DNA from: an uncultured Acidobacteriota bacterium
GTDB lineage: Bacteria > Acidobacteriota > UBA6911 > RPQK01 > JAPXNP01
Direction of reading: 5' to 3'
Assembly (NCBI GenBank): GCA_963777605.1
Contig: CAVZRV010000031.1
Location: 352,001 to 416,000, forward strand
DNA: 64,000 bases
Program-made: the position numbers and the translations under genes
Notes under the pieces: generated by a model
What the model saw: only the letters and a program-made list of their open reading frames with translations
Told to the model about the DNA's origin: nothing
Database searches by the model: none
Shown: in pieces, positions 18,486-28,263 of the stretch
Numbering within the stretch: position 1 is the first letter of the stretch
Layout: every line of letters starts with the position of its first letter

Positions 18486-19673
18486 ATGCATCTCTTGTAC
18501 GGCGAGACACGTGCGTTCAGAGGAGAAAATCGCAGGCGAGAAAATCGCCGCGAATGGCTGCAGCGCGTCATTGCCGCCGGAATGGTCGCTCCTTTTGTGG
18601 CCCGCGTTCCGGCATTCGCCAGTTCGACATTCGGTGTTTCGCAACGTACCCGATGGTCGATGCCCGGCCTTTTCCCCGGCCGAGTCTCCTCGGTCTACCA
18701 CCCCTTCTCGATCGTCGATCGACAATACCAGGGGGGACCGGTCCGGGAGATGATTCGCCGTTGCATGATGGACCTGACCGGAGCCCCCCACTGGGTAGAC
18801 GCCTGGCGGATGTTCTTTGAGCCCGGTGAGGTGGTAGGGATCAAACTCAACCCCTCCAGCCGTCCCTATGTAATCTCGGCGCCCGAGGTTGTCCAGGAAA
18901 TCATCTTCGGCCTGATCGAGGCAGGGATCAGGCGCCAGGACATCGTGGTCTACGACCGTTACAAGGACATGTTCTTCTCGGCGGGCTTCGACCGCTGGCT
19001 TCCGGACGGCGTTCGCATCGCCTGGGCGACAGACTACTCCGACCCGACCCAGCAGCGGCTCGACGGCTACGACCCCGACCACTGGATGGACATGCAGTTG
19101 ACGCTTCCGGGGTTTTCCTTCGACAACGAACGGGCCCGGCGCTCCTACGTTGCCCGGTTCCTGACCAGGGACGTGGACAAACTGATCAATCTCTGTCTCC
19201 TCAAGCACCACCAATCGGCCGGAATCACCAACGCGCTCAAGAACCTCTCCCACGGCCTGGTCAACAACGTCAATCGCAGTCACTCCTCGCCGATCCTGAA
19301 CGCTTGCGGAACATTCATCCCGACATCCGTGTCGATCCCCGTCATTCGCGACAAGACCGTTCTTCACCTATGCGACGCGATTCAAGCGTTGGCCCACGGT
19401 GGTCCCGTCATGAAGCCTGAGGCCACCCGGTTCATCTGGATGCACAAGCGGATCTACGCCTCCACCGACCCGGTGGCGATGGACAAGGTAGGCTGGGACG
19501 TACTGGACCAGCGACGGGTTGCCACCGGAATGCGTCCCCTGGCGGAGGCCTTGATGGACGAGTTCAGCGGGTACGTCAGGATGCAGCCGGAACACGTTGA
19601 CATCGCCGGCGCCCTGGGCCTGGGGATTGCAGAAAGAGAACGAATCGACCTGCTCGAGCTCAACCTCTCCTGA
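18486..19673 (+). CDS. DUF362 domain protein
   Basis: VVGIKLN, LKHHQSAGITNALKNLSHG, ASTDPVAMD, ALGLG; twin-arginine-like RREWL near the N-terminus. Confidence 0.85.
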   Translation: MHLLYGETRAFRGENRRRENRREWLQRVIAAGMVAPFVARVPAFASSTFGVSQRTRWSMPGLFPGRVSSVYHPFSIVDRQYQGGPVREMIRRCMMDLTGAPHWVDAWRMFFEPGEVVGIKLNPSSRPYVISAPEVVQEIIFGLIEAGIRRQDIVVYDRYKDMFFSAGFDRWLPDGVRIAWATDYSDPTQQRLDGYDPDHWMDMQLTLPGFSFDNERARRSYVARFLTRDVDKLINLCLLKHHQSAGITNALKNLSHGLVNNVNRSHSSPILNACGTFIPTSVSIPVIRDKTVLHLCDAIQALAHGGPVMKPEATRFIWMHKRIYASTDPVAMDKVGWDVLDQRRVATGMRPLAEALMDEFSGYVRMQPEHVDIAGALGLGIAERERIDLLELNLS

Positions 19674-19721
19674 CCGACCCCGTAAGTCAGCCCAGTCGCG
19701 GGGAGACATCCATCCTCAGTG

Positions 19722-20857
19722 TCAGTGATTCGCCGGGCCGCGTCGAACTCCCCTGAATCCGGTGATACCGCCTTCCTTGATGGGAAGGCTGGTGGCTCCA
19801 CTGATGGCATCGACTGCGGTCCCGGTGGAGCGCCACGAGCCTCCCCGGACCATTCGGATTCCGTCGAGTCCGGCGTGGTATTCCGTGGTATACCAATCGA
19901 GAGTCCATTCGGCGACGTTGCCGGCGAGGTCGCAGATTCCGTAAGGGGAATTGTATTGAGCGAAGCTGCAGACCGGGGCAGTGCCTGCGAATCCGTCCTC
20001 CGAGCCCCGTGCATTACAGCGAAACACTCCGCCCTCATCAGGCGTCCTCGTCTCCCCATGGATAGACACGTTCGGGAAGGGGGTTCGGCTGCTGGGTGGA
20101 GTCGTCTCCGTCGAGGAACCGCCCTCCGCGATACGCCTTTTCCCATTCAGCCTCGGTCGGCAGGCTTAGCCCGCACCAGGAAAGAAATGCGGATGCGTCG
20201 TACCAGGATACTTCGGTGATCGGGAGATTCTCGGTTCCCGGTTTCAGCGAATAGCGTGAGGGTCGGGCTCTGGCCGGTGCGCCCCAGTCCGGCCTTCTCC
20301 ATGCGGGGATTCCAGCCGATCCCGGCTCCGCCGACCTCGTTCAGGTAGTCGACGTACATGGAATTGGTCGTCTCGCTGATCGCCATGTAGTAAGTGGGCA
20401 ACTCCGATACCCGGTTCTTGACTCGCTCCCGATCGAAACCACCGCCAGGTACGCTCTTCATCACGAACTCGCCACCAGGGACTCGGGCCATCCGGATCGC
20501 ACGAACCGCAAATTTGACGTCCTCCAGGCTCTCGAAGGTGGTCTCAGCAGTGCCCCACCACTCAATCTCTTTGGAGCCGGGGCTTTCGACCAGGCCCACT
20601 CCAGAGCCGATCAATTCCGATTCCGGCAGCATCCGCCAGGGATTCCCGGGACCCTTGCTCCAGCGAACAAAGACATATGCCGGCGTCGCCGGTGTGATCG
20701 TCGAATTCGACAGCCTGTAATCCAGCACGACCACCGGACCTCCTAACTTGGTTTCTTTCAGGGCGGCTTTCACCGGGCCGACTGAAAGCCACTGTCCCCA
20801 GAGGACAGCGTTCGAGAAGGCGATCGAGAACACGATCGAGAGAGCAAACCTGAGCAC
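19722..20857 (-). CDS. Secreted FGE-sulfatase (SUMF1-like) domain protein; frameshifted
   Basis: VPGGEFVM, ETTNSMY in 20147-20857; PITEVSWYDASAF..LPTEAEWEKAYR in another frame near 20220-20125; PYGICDLAGNVAEW, RGGSW, GFR in 19722-20069. Confidence 0.85.
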
Positions 20858-20887
20858 GAGTTCACCTCACATCAAGCTGACGGCGAA

Positions 20888-22213
20888 TCAGACTTCTTCC
20901 GGCACGACCCAAGGAGCCCGATATTCACGGCGCAAGAAACGGTTCGCGTCCGCATCGGCCCGGAACTCCTGCTTCTGTGAATCGAACTGGAGCTTTCGGT
21001 TTCCGACGCGGTAGGAGACGTTGGCGAGGTGGCAGAAGATGGAGGACTTGTGCCCTTCTTCCACGTCGGCCGCCGGGCGCTGGCGCGACCGGATGCAGGA
21101 AACGAAGTTCTGCAAGTGCTGCTGGTCGCTCTGACGCCCCGGTTGCGACCTGACCAGCTCTCCTTTGGAATCGTAGGCTTGCCACCCGCCACCCTGCCGA
21201 CCAAAGTTCATGAAGCCCTCCGTGCCGAAGACTTCGACCTTTGTGCAGGTGAAGGGCCAATCCGGGAACTCGTCCGAATCCCGGACAGAGTTGGGTATTT
21301 TCTTCATATAGGGCGCCCACAGTGCTCCTTCCAGGGTTAGAGTCAGTCCCGGATATTCGAACGCCGCGATTTGGGTATCGGGAATCTCGCGGCCATCCTT
21401 GTGTGCGTATACCCCTCCTGTATGGGAAACCGTCTCCGGATACCCCAGGCCGAGAAGCATCCGGGTCAAGTCGAGCTGGTGGACCGACTCGGCCGCGATG
21501 AACCCGCAGCCGAAGTCCCAGTAATTCTGGTACCAGGTGCCCGGCCGGTAGGAAACCAGCGGCGCCGGGCCGCACCAGAGGTCCCAGTCAAACCCGGAAG
21601 GCGGGCCGTCAACCGCAACATCCTGGTCGGCCGCGTAGTAAGTCTGGTTGTTCACCCGAACCAGGTGGACGTCACCCAGGTTGCCCTGGCGGATGTACTC
21701 GATTGCCAGCTGGACGTACTCGGCGCTGTGGGTCTGGGAGCCGACCTGCACGATGCGCTGGTACTTGCGGGCCGCCGCGATCATCTGATTCCCCTCCCAG
21801 ATGTCGTGGCTCAAGGGCTTCTCGACGTAGACGTCTTTGCCCGCCTGGCAGGCCATGATGGTCGAGAGCGCGTGCCAGTGATCCGGAGTGGCGCTGACCA
21901 GTCCATCGACGTCCTTGTCGTCCAAAATGCGACGAAAATCCTTCACCAACTCGGGCGACCTCTCCTGAACCTGTTCGACACCCTCGAGGGCCCAATCAAA
22001 CCGCCGTTCATTGACGTCACACAGGTAGGCAACCTCGACTCCCGGCAATGCGGCGAACCACTTTGCGAGGAGGGATCCCCGCCCGCCACACCCCATCACA
22101 CCGAGTATGACCTTGTCGTTGGCTGCCACCAGGCGTTTCGATGGTGCCGCCGAGAGCGCGGCTGCCGCGCCCAGAGAAGTTCTCAAGAGTTCCCTCCGTG
22201 AATATCGGCCCAT
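20888..22213 (-). CDS. TAT-exported Gfo/Idh/MocA oxidoreductase
   Basis: SRRELL signal, GCGGRG, ATPDHWH, VYVEKP, DWDLWCGPAP; start ATG 22213. Confidence 0.95.
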   Translation of the reverse strand: MGRYSRRELLRTSLGAAAALSAAPSKRLVAANDKVILGVMGCGGRGSLLAKWFAALPGVEVAYLCDVNERRFDWALEGVEQVQERSPELVKDFRRILDDKDVDGLVSATPDHWHALSTIMACQAGKDVYVEKPLSHDIWEGNQMIAAARKYQRIVQVGSQTHSAEYVQLAIEYIRQGNLGDVHLVRVNNQTYYAADQDVAVDGPPSGFDWDLWCGPAPLVSYRPGTWYQNYWDFGCGFIAAESVHQLDLTRMLLGLGYPETVSHTGGVYAHKDGREIPDTQIAAFEYPGLTLTLEGALWAPYMKKIPNSVRDSDEFPDWPFTCTKVEVFGTEGFMNFGRQGGGWQAYDSKGELVRSQPGRQSDQQHLQNFVSCIRSRQRPAADVEEGHKSSIFCHLANVSYRVGNRKLQFDSQKQEFRADADANRFLRREYRAPWVVPEEV

Positions 22214-22554
22214 TTTCACGACCTCGCTTTCCTGAAGTGATGATCGGGATTTCTGGATCGGCCCAGAATCTGAGTCTAGTCCAAGCGACCAGGAATGAAC
22301 ACCGATTCTCGTCGGGCGAACTGAATTGAGCGAGCCTGTCCGACTCCCGCGGACGCAGGGCCGTTGAGGACCTGCGTCTGAGTGTTCGGCAGTCCCGGAG
22401 CGTTCACTCACACACAGAGGCGGCGGTAAGGCAAAGCCGCGCCACTGGGTCCGGGGGCCGAGTCTTTTCGGTCCTCAAGCTGCTGGTCCGACCCGGATCG
22501 ATTCACTCGCGGGCCTTGTCGGCGCCGATCCAGTAGAATAGAAGTCACAGCGGT

Positions 22555-23135
22555 ATGAGTGACAAGCATCGCGTCTGTCCCTGGTGGCTGGGCTACTTCC
22601 TCATGAGCCCGCTTCGCCGGCTCTACGAGGATCCCGGACGCATCCTCGCTCCCTACATCCGGGAGCGGATGACCGTCCTCGAACCGGGAAGCGGGATGGG
22701 ATATTTCACGAAAGAGATCGCCCGCCTGGTCGGCCCTTCGGGTCGCGTGGTGGCGGTGGACATCCAACCGAAGATGCTGGCCGGACTCCGGCGGCGGATG
22801 AAGCGTGCCGGCTTGCTGGATCGGGTTGATGCGCGCCTGACTGGTCCCGATTCATTGGGAATTGACGACCTCGCCGGCAAGGTCGACCTGGCGGTTCTGT
22901 TCCACGTCGTTCACGAGATGCCCGATCAATCCAGACTGTTTCGCGAGCTCCTGGCGGTCCTGAAACCCGGCAGCGAACCTCCTCGTAGCGGAACCTCGAG
23001 GGCATGTTTCCGAGGAAGACTTCGCGGTCTCCCTGGACAAGGCGGAGAACGCCGGCTTCGAGCTCGTTGACCACCCCAGGATCGGCTCGAACCGAACCGC
23101 CCTGCTTCGAAGGGGGTTCCCGATCGGACTTCTAG
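22555..23135 (+). CDS. Class I SAM-dependent methyltransferase; one frameshift near 22978
   Basis: CPWW, VLEPGSGMGYFT, AVDIQPKML, VVHEMPD, LKPG; continues as LVAEPRGHVSEEDF...TAG 23135 in the shifted frame. Confidence 0.85.
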
Positions 23136-23520
23136 GAGATCAAATCACCGGTCCAACGGTCTCGGTCCTTCCAGAAAGGGCACTGAGGGCAACTCTCCCC
23201 ATCAGGGTAGTCTATCCCTTCTTCATGAGGGCACCCGATAATCCGGTCTGTCATCACCACGGAACGGACCTTGTTCGCCTTCATGAATTCGACGATCTCT
23301 GCACCGATCAACGGGTCGGTCCTCACGTCATGTCCGTCGGCGATCCATCTCCTCATGTCATCCGCATCAGCGCCTTCGCCAGGAACGATTCCGACTGCGA
23401 CCTTGGAAGCCGTTCGATCAAATCGCCGGGCAGTAAGGGGCCGCGGTCCGGGCAATCGGGCAAGCCCTTGAACCTCTCGGTCGAGCTTTCCACTGGGGAT
23501 TGCCTTCCCTACTCTTGTCA
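23132..23520 (-). CDS. Conserved hypothetical protein with C-terminal Cys cluster; N-terminus disrupted
   Basis: ASKVAVGIV...MTDRIIGCPHEEGIDYPDGESCPQCPFW..RDRWTG; the upstream part lies in another frame; start uncertain. Confidence 0.65.
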
Positions 23521-23647
23521 GAGCTCCTCCTGCAGTAGCGTTCCGCTCTTGCCCCGAAAAGTACGAACGGACGCGACAGCTTCCGATCTGCCGTGCCGGA
23601 GAACGAGACCCTCCTCAGGCGATCGACACAGGGAACCAGGAGGTCAT

Positions 23648-24584
23648 TCAGAGTGCGTCGACGGTCGGGATTTCCGAGCAGATCGGGCAACTCGGTTGCC
23701 GCATTGAACAGGATCGGATAATAGGTTCCGCCCATCCTCTCCCCCTTCGGGACGACCGGGTAATTGTCGGCACCGGGGGCGTTTGGCGAATCGTCCTCGC
23801 GGTTCGAGACGACGCCGTCCGCGAACACATTGATCAAGGTCGCCCGACGAGGCCGGTCGGAGCGGTTCTCATAAGAGCCGTGCATCAGGCACGGATGATG
23901 AAAACTCGCCTCGCCCGCCTTCAACTCGATCGGAACCCGTCGCTCAAAGCACTCCAGTTGTTCCTCGGTGAGAACACTGCGCACCGCATCCATGTCACCG
24001 GCCAACCCCGTCTTCTCCAACAGTCCCCACGAGTGGCTTCCGGGCACGTAGTACATACAGCCGTTCTTCGTGTCCACGTCGTCAAGAGCGATCCATGCAG
24101 TGAGATGCGCCATGGGAGAAGTCCAGGTCCAGTACGAGAAGTCCTGGTGCCAGGCAACGACTCCGCCGTGTCGTGCCGGCTTGCTGAATAACTGATCGTG
24201 GAATAAGCGGTAGCTCTTTCCAAGAAGCTGGTAGGCAGGCATCCGGAAGCCGGGAGCCCACAGGACGTCGTGGAAGGCAGGTGTGACGCGCCAAGCGCCG
24301 AGAGCGTGAAAGAGAACCGTGCCGGGATCCTCCGACTCGTTGCTGTGGTACTCGTAGAAGAACTCATTTCCCGGATTGTTGCGATTCGTCACCTTTTCCA
24401 GGTCGCTTCGCAAAGTGTCAAGTTGTCTCTCATCGAGCACTTTGACGCCGCTGACAAAGCCATCCACCCTGAAATGCTCCAACTGATCTTCGCTCAGGGT
24501 GTAAGCCATCCATTCAGCCGGGCTCTTGGGCTGAGGAAACAGATTCGTGATGGGCTCACCGAACACACCTAGATCTTGTGACAC
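23648..24584 (-). CDS. Phytanoyl-CoA dioxygenase (PhyH) family Fe(II)/2OG enzyme; probable frameshift near the C-terminus
   Basis: WHQD, WIALDD..NGCMYYVPGSH, FHH..LMHGS..N.S..PRRA. The natural end is probably EIPTVDAL* at 23648; the annotated ORF reads on to 23418. Confidence 0.9.
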
Positions 24585-24743
24585 TGACTTTCCTTTCCGA
24601 TTTGCAGGCCGGCCGGAGAGGCTCCGACCAGCTTGTATCGATTCTAATCAATGTGTCCAGAATTGGCTCCAACAAAACGCCCTTGACGCAATTTCAGGCA
24701 ACCCACCCTGAACCAACCCTTTATAATCATTGTTGGGAGGACG

Positions 24744-25772
24744 ATGAGCAGACAAATCCCAATGGGCCGTCATAAACTCAGGGCCGCCGCTCTTCTGATT
24801 GTCACCATTCTCGTCTCGACAATGGCGCTGAACGCACAAGAAAAGGAACGGACGATCAAAATACTGGAAGTAAGAAAGATTTGGGACAAAGCGCCTCACA
24901 ATGCGTTCACTGATCTTATTCGATTTGAGAATCAATGGTATTGCGCTTTTCGGGAAGGCCGCAGCCATCTTTCCGACGACGGTCGACTCCGGGTGATCCG
25001 GTCTGAAAACGGCGACGTGTGGACATCCGTCGCGCTCATGGAGTGGGACGGCGGCGATCTGCGAGACGCGAAACTTTCAATCTCCGCACAGGGTCAACTC
25101 ATGCTGAACGGTGCGGTACGTTTCCTGAAACCGGCAGATCGGAATAGCCACCAGTCGGTCACGTGGCTGACTCGCGATGGCGAACACTGGAGTGGACCTT
25201 TCTCGTGCCCGACCGGTTTGGGGACTTGGCGCTGGAGCACCACGTGGCACAAGGGTACCGCTTACAGCTTCGGGTACGGCGGCAAGGATCAGCAGGGCTG
25301 CCTGTACCGTTCCGAAGACGGCAGCACTTGGGACATCGTGAAAGACGACGTCTTTCCCGATGCCCAGACATACGGCAATGAGACGTCACTCGTCTTTCTG
25401 AGGGACGACACGGCCTATTGTCTTCTGCGGCGAGACAAGGGAAGCTGCAGCGCGATGCTCGGCGTTTCTCAACCGCCCTATATCGACTGGAAGTGGAGCG
25501 ACCTTGGAACACGCATAGGCGGGCCAAAGATGATTTCGTTTGGCAAGAACCGTTTTCTGGCGGCGGTTCGTCTTTACGATGGAACTCAGCGGACATCCCT
25601 CTGCTGGATTGATCCCCAGACAGCCACACTCACTGAGGCAGTCAAGCTCCCGTCCGGGGGTGATTCGAGCTACGCAGGCATTGTGCGCCAAGACGATGTG
25701 CTTTGGGTCAGTTATTACTCATCTCACGAAGGCAAAGCGGCGATCTACCTGGCAAAGCTCAAGATCGACTAG
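24744..25772 (+). CDS. Secreted sialidase-like (BNR/Asp-box) beta-propeller protein
   Basis: APHNAFTDLIRF, FREG, Asp-boxes SENGDVW and SEDGSTW, LPSGGDSSY, YYSSHEGK. Confidence 0.85.
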   Translation: MSRQIPMGRHKLRAAALLIVTILVSTMALNAQEKERTIKILEVRKIWDKAPHNAFTDLIRFENQWYCAFREGRSHLSDDGRLRVIRSENGDVWTSVALMEWDGGDLRDAKLSISAQGQLMLNGAVRFLKPADRNSHQSVTWLTRDGEHWSGPFSCPTGLGTWRWSTTWHKGTAYSFGYGGKDQQGCLYRSEDGSTWDIVKDDVFPDAQTYGNETSLVFLRDDTAYCLLRRDKGSCSAMLGVSQPPYIDWKWSDLGTRIGGPKMISFGKNRFLAAVRLYDGTQRTSLCWIDPQTATLTEAVKLPSGGDSSYAGIVRQDDVLWVSYYSSHEGKAAIYLAKLKID

Positions 25773-25918
25773 AAGATCCTCCATGACTCAAGAAATGAGT
25801 GTGAACGGGTGATGGAGCCACACTGCATGGCGGATGATCTCAGCGGGGAAACAATGCCCGCGATAGCTGGGTTTCATTCCCTGGTTCGTCACCGAACAAC
25901 GCTCAACTTGACAGTACC
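25770..25918 (-). mobile_element. IS6-family remnant: left terminal repeat plus about 35 decayed transposase codons
   Basis: GGTACTGTCAAGTTGAG end (25918-25902), then MKPSYRGHCFPAEIIRHAVWLHHPFTL..(stop)..EDLL, matching the IS6 N-terminus (F.P.EII..AVW.Y.RF.LS.RDVEDLL). Confidence 0.85.
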
Positions 25919-26236
25919 CTGAGGACCTTGGGTGGCCGCCCGCAACCAGTGAAAGCGCCAGACATGCAGACCTGAAATTGGTTCTGGATGAATTTGAGAA
26001 TCTGTATCTGGAGCGTTGGACGACGGCACTGTCGGCATCGGAACGACATGCATTCTGTGAATTCCCGGCGCAGCGTTGGTCAGCGCCCTGTCGCGGCGCG
26101 CCCCCCCAGTCGTGCGGCGGGAGATGCGCAATCACCCACGGTTCCGGAAGCCTCCCTCGGAACAACCTATGAACCCGACTCGGAGCCGGCATCTTACTGT
26201 CCCAGGAGACAGCGCAAGCAATCAACCAGAACCCGC

Positions 26237-27184
26237 TCATCGAAAACCGAGGTCGGTCTCACGAAGCGCCTTTGCTCGAGACCTCTGGGGCCTCAGAACG
26301 TTCCAGGATCCGGCGGCCACCGGAACGGGTTGGTGGAGACGGCGATATATTCCGCGGCGTCTCAACTCGTCAAGCCACTCAAGGACCAAGGCCCTTGGAC
26401 CAATCACCACCCCCCGAGTCAACTCCTGCCGTTGCTCAAGGTAAGTCCCGGCTTGGAGTCCGCGTTCCAACTCGGCATTAACAACTTGCACCGGAATCGC
26501 CGCCTGACCCTCTTTGCTGGGGATCGCTCCGCGCCAGTAGAGTCTCCACCGGTACTCGTGGACACACTCGTCAACAGGCGTGTTGAGTAATATCTCAGCG
26601 AGAGGGACCAAGTATCCGTCCTTCCGCTCCAACCGAGCCCGAACAGAACCGACCTCCCAATCCTCAGGGCGCTTCACCAGCCCTGCACGGACCGGATTCA
26701 GATCGATATACAGCATGACGTCGATCACCGCCTTTGGGTCGGTGATCATTACGGACTTAAATCGTCCCGCAAACAGCGAACCCCGGCGGTGGAACCGCCG
26801 ATTGAACCAGGTTGCGAAATCGCCGTTGACGTTTCGCATTAATTCACTGACGTCGAAGAGTCGGTGGTTGAACCGACGCCACTCGCGCCGAGTCTTTGGT
26901 CGGTCGGTTGTCCTCGGATAGAAGCGTTCGGCAATCGACTCCAACCGGCGTTGCGAAAGCCGACGATAGGCTTCGAATCGCAAGCCTGTGTGGGAATGGT
27001 CGCCCATGAGAGACCAGGCCCAGAGTCGGCAGAAATAGAGTTCAACGTATCGGAAGAGAATTCGGCGATATTCCCACTGTACCACCGGGTCGTGAAGCGG
27101 ATACCAGTCTAAGGGTCCCACGATACGGGAACACACGTGGTAATCGGTTTGCCTATCAAGGGTCTTCAGCCTTGGAAGTCGCAT
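26237..27184 (-). CDS. REP-associated HUH/Y1 tyrosine transposase (RAYT/TnpA-REP-like, IS200 superfamily)
   Basis: YHVCSR, AWSLMGDHSH (HUH), FNRRFHRRGSLFAGRFKS, catalytic-Tyr region YIDLNPVRAGLV..PEDW, C-terminal extension ending ..GVVIG..; no TnpB neighbour. Confidence 0.9.
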   Translation of the reverse strand: MRLPRLKTLDRQTDYHVCSRIVGPLDWYPLHDPVVQWEYRRILFRYVELYFCRLWAWSLMGDHSHTGLRFEAYRRLSQRRLESIAERFYPRTTDRPKTRREWRRFNHRLFDVSELMRNVNGDFATWFNRRFHRRGSLFAGRFKSVMITDPKAVIDVMLYIDLNPVRAGLVKRPEDWEVGSVRARLERKDGYLVPLAEILLNTPVDECVHEYRWRLYWRGAIPSKEGQAAIPVQVVNAELERGLQAGTYLEQRQELTRGVVIGPRALVLEWLDELRRRGIYRRLHQPVPVAAGSWNVLRPQRSRAKALRETDLGFR

Positions 27185-27369
27185 TCTCAGTCCCCTGCTG
27201 CGCTAGAACGAAATTCGGGTCAACCGCGCCATTGAGAGCCCGTTTTCTGGCCCCTCATTGGAATAGAACGTTCCAGAAGCGAAAACTGCGAGCAACCGGA
27301 GAGAGTAAACTCATTCGTCAGCGAGGCTCAGACCGATTTCACGGAAGCATTTGACGCTGTGAGATCAGC

Positions 27370-27419
27370 CCAAGGTGGTCAGGGTCCGTCCCCACCAAGG
27401 TGGTCAGGGTCCGTCCCCA
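27370..27419. repeat. Perfect 25-bp tandem duplication containing the GGGTCCGTCCCCA REP-like motif, upstream of the RAYT gene
   Basis: CCAAGGTGGTCAGGGTCCGTCCCCA at 27370-27394 and 27395-27419. Confidence 0.92.
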
Positions 27420-27527
27420 CTACGCCAAGTGTCGGTGGCTTGAGCGATCAAATTGCGGGTTAACCGTGCGAACGGAATCAGGTCGGCCCGTGCGAGTGTC
27501 CAGGGAGGGTGAACTGGCTTTCTGCCC

Positions 27528-27920
27528 TTAGGCTCCATTGTTTCCCAGTGCAGTGCGGACCACTTCGGACAACTGGTCAGCGGTACACGGTTTCGGCATA
27601 AACCAGACTCCGTCCACGTTCTTCTGCGTCGAGGCCTCCCGCCAGTCTGAGAGGACGATGATCGGGATATCCGGTCGGGTTCCCCAAGTCCGGGCGGAAA
27701 GGACAATACCGCCAGACTGCTGGGCATCAAGGTCAATCAGGATCATGTCATACCTCCCTTGGTACAGGATCGAGAAAGCCTCTTCCACCTTGGTGACAAC
27801 CTCGGTGAGATGGCCAAGCTCGTCCAGTAGTCGCCGTCCTTCTTCCAGGATGGAGGACTTTCCAAATATCAGAAGGGCTGACTTTTGATCGAAGCGCGGT
27901 AAACAATTTGCAGCACTCAT
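27528..27920 (-). CDS. Stand-alone atypical response-regulator receiver protein
   Basis: EEAFSIL...YDMILIDL, PDIPIIVLS, FMPKP; the first acidic pocket is degenerate (LIFGKS). Confidence 0.75.
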   Translation of the reverse strand: MSAANCLPRFDQKSALLIFGKSSILEEGRRLLDELGHLTEVVTKVEEAFSILYQGRYDMILIDLDAQQSGGIVLSARTWGTRPDIPIIVLSDWREASTQKNVDGVWFMPKPCTADQLSEVVRTALGNNGA

Positions 27921-28263
27921 TAGCGCTTCAAATCCTCATTTGAACACTCGTCGAAAAATTGCTGTCGGTCGCGATAACGCTTGACTTGCCATTCACCGTC
28001 CGGAACGTATCGAATATTCTGAGTGAAATTGGAAATGTCCACTAATTGAAATATCGTCAATGCTGCCTGTTTCTTTAGAGCCCCGTAGGAGTTTTCCTAT
28101 CTGTTGGGCAATTGAATTCGTAGAGGTTGAGTGGGAGCATCTCCCCAAGACAGGAAGCTCAGCGGAGGGAAATCCTGCACCTTGAGGGTCAAAGTAGAGC
28201 CAGCCGAATCCCGAATGCAACAGAAATTCGGTTCGGGACACTACCGACAGGTTTCGGGAGGAT

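Noticed and set aside
24683-24727. TTGACG and TATAAT upstream of the sialidase-like gene
   Set aside because: The spacing is about 33 bp, incompatible with a single sigma70 promoter.
25920-26236. Protein-like stretch (LKLVLDEFENLYLERW) beside the IS6 end
   Set aside because: No family recognised and no start; at most an unidentifiable fragment.
26237-27184. IS605/TnpB or other RNA-guided system
   Set aside because: No TnpB, IscB or RuvC-type ORF nearby.
27370-27419. 25-bp direct repeats as a mini CRISPR array
   Set aside because: The units are directly adjacent with no spacer, there are only two, and no cas genes are present.
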